Source: Promethearchaeota archaeon
GTDB lineage: Archaea > Asgardarchaeota > Lokiarchaeia > Sigyniarchaeales > SOKP01
Length of the DNA: 10,312 nt
Assembly (NCBI GenBank): GCA_016839765.1
Contig: JAEOTP010000066.1
Coordinates: 1-10,312 of the forward strand
Direction of reading: 5' to 3'
The notes beneath the pieces were generated by a model. That model saw only the letters and a program-made list of their open reading frames with translations, did no database searches and had not been told where the DNA came from. The translations under genes were made by a program, and so were the position numbers. Within the stretch, counting starts at the first letter, position 1. Each line of letters starts with the position of its first letter. Positions 8,444 through 10,312 of the stretch are shown here, piece by piece.

Positions 8444-8627
8444 AATTATTCCATTCCTATTGCTACACTTTGAATATAAAATCAATAATTCAATAATAAA
8501 TAACAGTTCACATTATATAATCTTTTTATCTAAAAAATAAATAACTAATTACGAAAAAACTAATAAATCTTCATTAATTCAGTATTATAACACCTATAAT
8601 CAAAAATTATACTTAAGGTCAAAAATA
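8444..8627. promoter_or_regulatory. Divergent promoter region between lysR and dsrE-tusA
   Basis: Classic divergent LTTR layout. Contains the palindromic TATA-like ATTATATAAT (8512-8521), the inverted repeat TTGAAT-N12-ATTCAA (8470-8493) and tandem TCAATAAT x2 (8482-8497). Confidence 0.5.
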
Positions 8628-8987
8628 ATGGCTGAAAAAAGTCAAACGTTCACAATTGTTATTGCTAATGGGGCTTATACATCAGAAAGACCGTTCACTA
8701 TGTTAAGATTTGCTTATACTGCCCTTTTGGAAGAACATAAAGTTAACATATTTTTAGTAGAAGATGGAATATTTGTAGGGAAAAAAAATCAAAATCCCGC
8801 TACTTATGATAATGTAGGGAAATGGATGTCAGATGTGATTGAAGAAGGGGCAAATGTAACAGCATGTGGTGTTTGTATGAAGGCAAGAGGTTTATCTGAG
8901 GATGAATTGATGGATGGTATATTTAAAACTTCTATGCATGGATTTGTTAATATGTGTGCAGAATCTGATCATATTTTATTTAGCTAA
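8628..8987 (+). CDS. DsrE/TusD-family sulfur relay protein
   Basis: 119 aa with IVIANGAYTSE, IFLVEDGI and ACGVCMKARG (Cys80-x-x-Cys83; the first Cys aligns with the active-site Cys of DsrE/TusD). Confidence 0.9.
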   Translation: MAEKSQTFTIVIANGAYTSERPFTMLRFAYTALLEEHKVNIFLVEDGIFVGKKNQNPATYDNVGKWMSDVIEEGANVTACGVCMKARGLSEDELMDGIFKTSMHGFVNMCAESDHILFS

Positions 8988-9009
8988 TATCAAAAATCTG
9001 GTGAATTAA

Positions 9010-9237
9010 ATGGGAAATACTTATGAATTAAATTGTACAGGCTTAGTATGCCCTTTACCTGTTGCAAAAACTAAAAGAAAGTTGATGGAGCTTCAGAGTG
9101 GTGATACTCTGGAAATTTCTGGAGATTTTGCTGAAGCAGGGGAAAATATTAAAAGATATATTGATAAAACTGAAAATCAAATCTTAGCATTTGAAATAGA
9201 GGGAGAAAATTTCTTTATTAAGATTCAAAAGGCTTAA
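9010..9237 (+). CDS. tusA: TusA/SirA/YedF-family sulfur carrier protein
   Basis: 75 aa with LNCTGLVCPLP (CPxP motif, Cys14) and GDTLEI. A GGTGA RBS lies 5 nt upstream of the ATG, and the gene starts 22 nt after dsrE, suggesting an operon. Confidence 0.9.
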   Translation: MGNTYELNCTGLVCPLPVAKTKRKLMELQSGDTLEISGDFAEAGENIKRYIDKTENQILAFEIEGENFFIKIQKA

Positions 9238-9444
9238 TTTTCATAAAAAAATGATATTTTTTATTTATTATGATATTGGATTACATTTTTAATGATTTCT
9301 TCCAACTTTTTTTCAGTAAACAAACTTTTTAGTAGTTATTCTTAAATGACACTTATTTAAAATTTAATTTTTAAGATTAATCATATATTATATCATATAT
9401 TCTAATTTAATATACTTTGAAATGAAATTTATAAGGTTAAAAGC

Positions 9445-9651
9445 ATGCCAGTTGTTCATGTAAATATGTGGAAAGGGATTTCCGAAGAAAGGGTTAAACA
9501 AATAATTTCGGGAATAACTAAAGTTTTCATAGATATGGATATTCCTGCTCGAGCAGTAGAAGTTATTGTACACGAAATTCCAAAATCTCATTGGGGTATT
9601 GAAGGTAAGCCTGCCACAGAATCTCGCCCTGACGCGAAACCGCCTCAATGA
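9445..9651 (+). CDS. 4-oxalocrotonate tautomerase family protein
   Basis: 68 aa with an N-terminal Met-Pro (catalytic Pro1), VEVIVHEIP and HWGIEG, matching the beta-alpha-beta tautomerase pattern. Confidence 0.9.
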   Translation: MPVVHVNMWKGISEERVKQIISGITKVFIDMDIPARAVEVIVHEIPKSHWGIEGKPATESRPDAKPPQ

Positions 9652-9668
9652 AAAAGTAAATCATTAAA

Positions 9669-9676
9669 TTTTTTTT
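9669..9676 (+). terminator. Oligo-T (T8) archaeal-type terminator after the tautomerase gene
   Basis: T8 run 17 nt downstream of the stop codon. Confidence 0.4.
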
Positions 9677-9765
9677 AAAACAATTTCTAATTTTTAGGAA
9701 TTTCCTCAAAATATTTGAATATTGAAAGAAATATGAATGATTCAAGAAGTTTAAGATATGTTTGT

Positions 9766-9873
9766 TTAGTAAAAAAACAAGCTTGCAAAAAATACGAACA
9801 AATAGCCCAAGACAAATAGGGCAGAAATTCCTATGATGGCAAGAATATATGTATATATCTTCATAAATTTCAT
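9766..9873 (-). CDS. Putative 35-aa single-pass small membrane protein
   Basis: MKFMKIYTYILAIIGISALFVLGYLFVFFASLFFY*. A GGGGGA RBS-like motif lies 7 nt upstream of ATG 9873 and a TTTTATATAA TATA box at 9936-9927. Absent from the ORF track. Confidence 0.6.
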   Translation of the reverse strand: MKFMKIYTYILAIIGISALFVLGYLFVFFASLFFY

Positions 9874-9970
9874 TCTAATTTCCCCCGTATTAAAATACTA
9901 TATTCATTCTACTATACCTAAATAGATTATATAAAACTTCTGAATATAATATATAAAATTAGAAAAATAG

Positions 9971-9977
9971 AAAAAAA
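9971..9977 (-). terminator. Oligo-T terminator directly after the cdhD stop codon
   Basis: The minus strand reads TAG-TTTTTTT-CTA-TTTTT. Confidence 0.5.
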
Positions 9978-10312
9978 CTATTTCTTAATTCTTGCTGAGA
10001 CCCAGTCATAATATCCTTTATCTTCCAAATACTCTGGAATTTCGGCAAAGAATTGAGAAGTAATATCTTTAACATGTTTAGCGGCTATTGGATGGAACAT
10101 CATAGCAAGATCTAAGCCCACTAGGCTAAGAGAAAGTGCATTCATAATTTCCCATATAGGTCCTCTGTATTGGCGTAGTCCCCACTCAGGTGCTTGCTTT
10201 TCGCTCATCCATGCCTCACGAGCACCCCAGGCATTTGTTGTACCTCCACTAATCGGATAAGCTAAATCTTCTTCACCTAATAGACCTGCAATTCGCATTC
10301 TTTGATAAATAC
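9978..10312 (-). CDS. cdhD: CO dehydrogenase/acetyl-CoA synthase delta subunit (corrinoid Fe-S protein small subunit), C-terminal part; 5' end outside the window
   Basis: IYQRMRIAGLLG...PISGGTTNAWGAREAWM...EWG.RQYRGPIWE...DLAMMFHP matches the archaeal CdhD C-terminus. The frame is open to the window edge, so ATG 10298 is internal. Confidence 0.92.
   Translation of the reverse strand, partial: IYQRMRIAGLLGEEDLAYPISGGTTNAWGAREAWMSEKQAPEWGLRQYRGPIWEIMNALSLSLVGLDLAMMFHPIAAKHVKDITSQFFAEIPEYLEDKGYYDWVSARIKK

Noticed and set aside
8444-8485. 14-aa N-terminal extension of LysR given in the ORF track
   Set aside because: The LysR HTH begins at ATG 8443, and the extension overlaps probable promoter/UTR sequence.
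9261-9335. Short minus-strand frame LLKSLFTEKKLEEIIKNVIQYHNK* that looks protein-like (possible gene remnant)
   Set aside because: Only 24 codons, bounded by stops, with no RBS; cannot be distinguished from chance.
8628-9444. Selenocysteine recoding or a SECIS element in or after dsrE-tusA
   Set aside because: The active-site codons are TGT/TGC, both genes end in TAA, and the downstream hairpin (9243-9264) is AT-only and not convincingly SECIS-like. A covariance-model search was not possible.
9388-9648. 86-aa minus-strand ORF from the track
   Set aside because: Antisense shadow of the well-supported tautomerase gene, with no recognisable motifs.
9563-9745. 60-aa minus-strand ORF from the track
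   Set aside because: Overlaps the tautomerase gene antisense and an AT-rich terminator region; no RBS or family features.
1-10312. CRISPR arrays, tRNA/rRNA genes, IS elements, integrases
   Set aside because: No regularly spaced repeats, GC-rich structured RNA segments or mobile-element genes were seen; intergenic regions are short and AT-rich.

Overview
AT-rich archaeal chromosomal segment. TATA/BRE-like promoters, GGTGA ribosome-binding sites, oligo-T terminators and an archaeal-type CdhD support an archaeal origin; an Asgard/Lokiarchaeia-like genome is an unverified inference. Gene order: 5' part of an acyltransferase-3 gene (minus strand, missing from the ORF track, apparently starting at a non-canonical ATA/ATT codon); a Hrq1/MrfA-like DEAH helicase with DUF1998 zinc domain; an unknown 2-TM protein; an FGGY/xylulokinase-like kinase; an unknown low-complexity, Pro-rich, C-terminally anchored protein; a CysL/HrsM-like LysR regulator divergent from a dsrE-tusA pair; a 4-oxalocrotonate tautomerase-family gene; an unannotated 35-aa hydrophobic small ORF with its own promoter and RBS; and the 3' end of cdhD. 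No RNA genes, CRISPR arrays or mobile elements were seen. The best candidate for an undescribed system is the LysR + DsrE + TusA sulfur/selenium relay module.
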